Shown here: positions 61,445 through 64,000 of the stretch, piece after piece
Layout of the letters: the number at the start of each line of letters is the position of its first letter
How positions within the stretch are numbered: the first letter of the stretch is position 1
NCBI RefSeq assembly: GCF_036321535.1
Contig: NC_087437.1
Span: 58,964,001 to 59,028,000, forward strand
Length of the DNA: 64,000 bases
Source of the DNA: Camelus dromedarius
Lineage: Eukaryota
Direction: 5' to 3'
Notes under the pieces: model-generated
What the model saw: only the letters and a program-made list of their open reading frames with translations
The model's database searches: none
Told to the model about the DNA's origin: nothing
Translations under genes and position numbers: made by a program

Positions 61445-62952
61445 GGGTTGTCAGGGTCAAATCTGACAGTTATTTTTCACTGAACTATAGGCTTTGGGGC
61501 AGAAAGAAGAGAAAATAAGTCTAGGGGTCATTATTAAAAGTGGGATTGTGGAAGAAGGGTCTACACGGTCGTCCAAGAGACAGACCCACATGTCATCTAC
61601 TGAGTCCTCTTTCCCCAGCGTGACCCAGTCAGTCGGCAAGGCCTGTCAGGTGTCTGACTTGAATCCATTCTCTCCGGCCCTCCAGCCCCACTTTAATGAA
61701 GGCAGGTCTCCGTCCTCTCCTCAGCCAAGGCCTCGCTAGCACCAGGTGAAAACAGAAGCGGACAGCAAGTGAGACTGGAGAAAGGCCCCCAAAGCCCCGT
61801 AAAGAGACCCCCTCGCAGACCCCGGGCCTGGCGTGACCAGGCAGGTGGGAGGAGAGCAAAGGCACGTGGCGTGGGAACCGAGGGGAAAAGCTGCCTCAAA
61901 TCTATCAGCAAGTGAAAGGGGGAAATCTATAAAACTCAAAAGGCCCAGTCTTGGTCTTCCCCCACAATCTTTATTCCTTGAGAGAAAGCAGTGGGCCCCA
62001 CACAGGGTATCAAAGACCGAGAGCCCACGTTATCTTCAGTTTTCACTCAAAGAACTCAGCATATTTGGGTGTTTTTCTTTTTTTAATCTCCCCCTTTCAG
62101 TTATTGTCTCAGGGTAAACACTTGTGATTCATAAATGCCTGAAGAGTGAATCAGTACTCTCCTGTTCAAACCAGCACAGGCCACATCAAACAATAGCCCA
62201 CAAGGTATTATTAATCATTAAATAGGCACATAGACGAACACTCAGGCGAGGGAGCCATTTTTCTTTTTCTTCTTGTCTTTTTTTTTTTTTTTTTTTTTAA
62301 GGAAATTAACGAAGGGGAAACCTTGAGTTTGACCAACTCAGAAAAAAAAATGTGTTTCTTGTTTGTTTGTTTGGCTTTTGGTTTGGGGTTTGGGGGGTGT
62401 TGTTTTTTGTTTACCACTAAAGGCTTAGTCAAATTCAAGGCTAAAAGGGCAAATAGTTCAGGTAAGAAAAGTGTTCTTTCCTTTGGAGTTGTCCTTCTGT
62501 CATTCAACAACGGCCCACATTTCAAATAGCCGCACTCAGTTTTTCCATATTCATGTGCTCAAGAAAAATAAGAGTTCTCAGCCACTGTGGGTCGGCTGGT
62601 GGGCACGAGTCCCAGCAACATTGCTACACTGCAGCTGTAGCCGGGGTGCAAACTTGCAGGTGGGGGAACTGGGGACACACCTGCTCCGTCAAAGAAGATA
62701 CCAAGTTATGTCAAACAACCCTTCCTCTGACCCTCTCTTCTCTTATATACACTGAGGAACATCCTCTAGGTTCAAAAATGGGGCTCCTCCCAGTACGGAA
62801 GATAGATCAATGGTGTCACCTTCCACAGACATAGGGATGCTAAAACATAGTGACTTAAAAATATTATTTCTTCTCAGGAAGCATCTCTGATAAAAAGATA
62901 CCTGAATAGACAGATGAACGATCCAGCACCTGCCATCAGAGGCCTGCAGAAC

Positions 62953-63062
62953 TAGGATGGCGCGGGTCCCAGTTTAGGCCAGTCGTCCTGATATAACTGT
63001 TAATAGATTAGCTTTCACCCTCAAGTGTCCCAGTTCAGACCGTAAGTCCTATGGTCATCTCC
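62953..63062 (-). mobile_element. MER94-like hAT-Blackjack MITE
   Basis: gtcccagtttaggcc...ttaatag...ctttcaccctcaagtgtcccagtt...tatggtcatct. Confidence 0.7.
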
Positions 63063-63619
63063 AAGAAGCTCCTAGAGCAGGAAAGTTCTCAGACGTGCAT
63101 CTTGCCCACCTATCTTATCTCATGTAAGTGTGACTGGGATCCAGGGAGGGCCTGCCGGTGTTTACTCTCTCAGATTAAGTGTCCCTCTGCAGCCCTGCCC
63201 CTTCCTTCCTGTTGTGGGGGAGGGGGGGTGAGTCGCCCCCACATCCTGTGTGCCTGGCCCATGCTCATGCCCTTGCCTCCATCCAGAACTCTCCTGAGGC
63301 TCATTTTAATTATTCCAGGCCGGGCTACACCCAGGTCTGCATCTGCCCACAATCAAAGCTGCTGCCAGAGTGCTTAGGTGGTAGAGACCCTCCTCCTTGG
63401 AAAAGGAGGAGTTGGCTAATTTTTTAGGTGTCTCCTGGTCCCGCAGCCTGTGATTCATAAAAGACTGGCCGAAGCTTTTGGTTTGTCAAATATGTGTGGA
63501 CCAATTTATCACAGGGGTTGTCCATCCATTTCTTTAAGAATATTAACACCTGCTGAAGATTTTTTAGATGAATGAGAGTATGTATCCTGTATGTCATATG
63601 GCAACGACAAAAGCAGCTG

Positions 63620-63830
63620 AGGATTTACACTGGATGCACAATACGCCAGGTACTGTTCTAAGCACATTGCGTATAAGTCCTTATAACAATCCTATAAAGT
63701 AAGTACTGTGACTATCTCCCCATTGAACAGGTAGGTAAAATGAGGCACAGAACAGTCATGTCACATGGCTAGAGTGTCGGTGAACTGGAGAAGGAACCCA
63801 GGCAGTCTGGCTCCAGGACCTTTGCTTTTG
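63620..63830 (-). mobile_element. MIR
   Basis: gccaggtactgttctaagcac...aacaatcctata...tgaggcacaga...gaacccaggcagtctggctccag. Confidence 0.85.
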
Positions 63831-64000
63831 AGCCCCTCTGCTGTAGCTTTTCCTGCACATATACAGAGACATGCGCTCCACATTCCTAACAGAAATAATC
63901 ACCAGGTTAGTCAAATCTCAGCTGTAAAACTCTGAAGTTCACAGAGGGAGGTGCTATTTAAATACAAGAGGCCACTTCGCCTCGACTTTACAGCCCCTTT

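Noticed and set aside
1..64000. CRISPR arrays, operons or other prokaryote-type systems; intact transposase, RT or retroviral ORFs
   Set aside because: The sequence is mammalian; no repeat-spacer array or long ORF is present

Overview
Eutherian mammalian nuclear DNA, most likely camelid. That is inferred from three tRNA-derived SINEs resembling the camelid Vic-1 family and from artiodactyl/camelid-type L1 3' tails. I can support no recognisable protein-coding gene: the ORF-track ORFs fall in CpG islands or decayed repeats, or are chance ORFs. The window reads as an intergenic or intronic regulatory landscape. It is rich in MIR/L2, has several MaLR/ERVL solo LTRs and hAT MITEs, and contains nested insertions with readable target-site duplications (TSDs). 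It also has about six CpG-rich islands or patches, one with promoter plus first-exon architecture at ~23.3 kb, and several repeat-free TAAT-rich blocks that look like conserved enhancers. Possible small spliced exons lie at the far left (1-1512). Repeat family names come from recalled consensus sequences, not a search, and boundaries without TSDs are approximate. I found no convincing novel multi-gene system.
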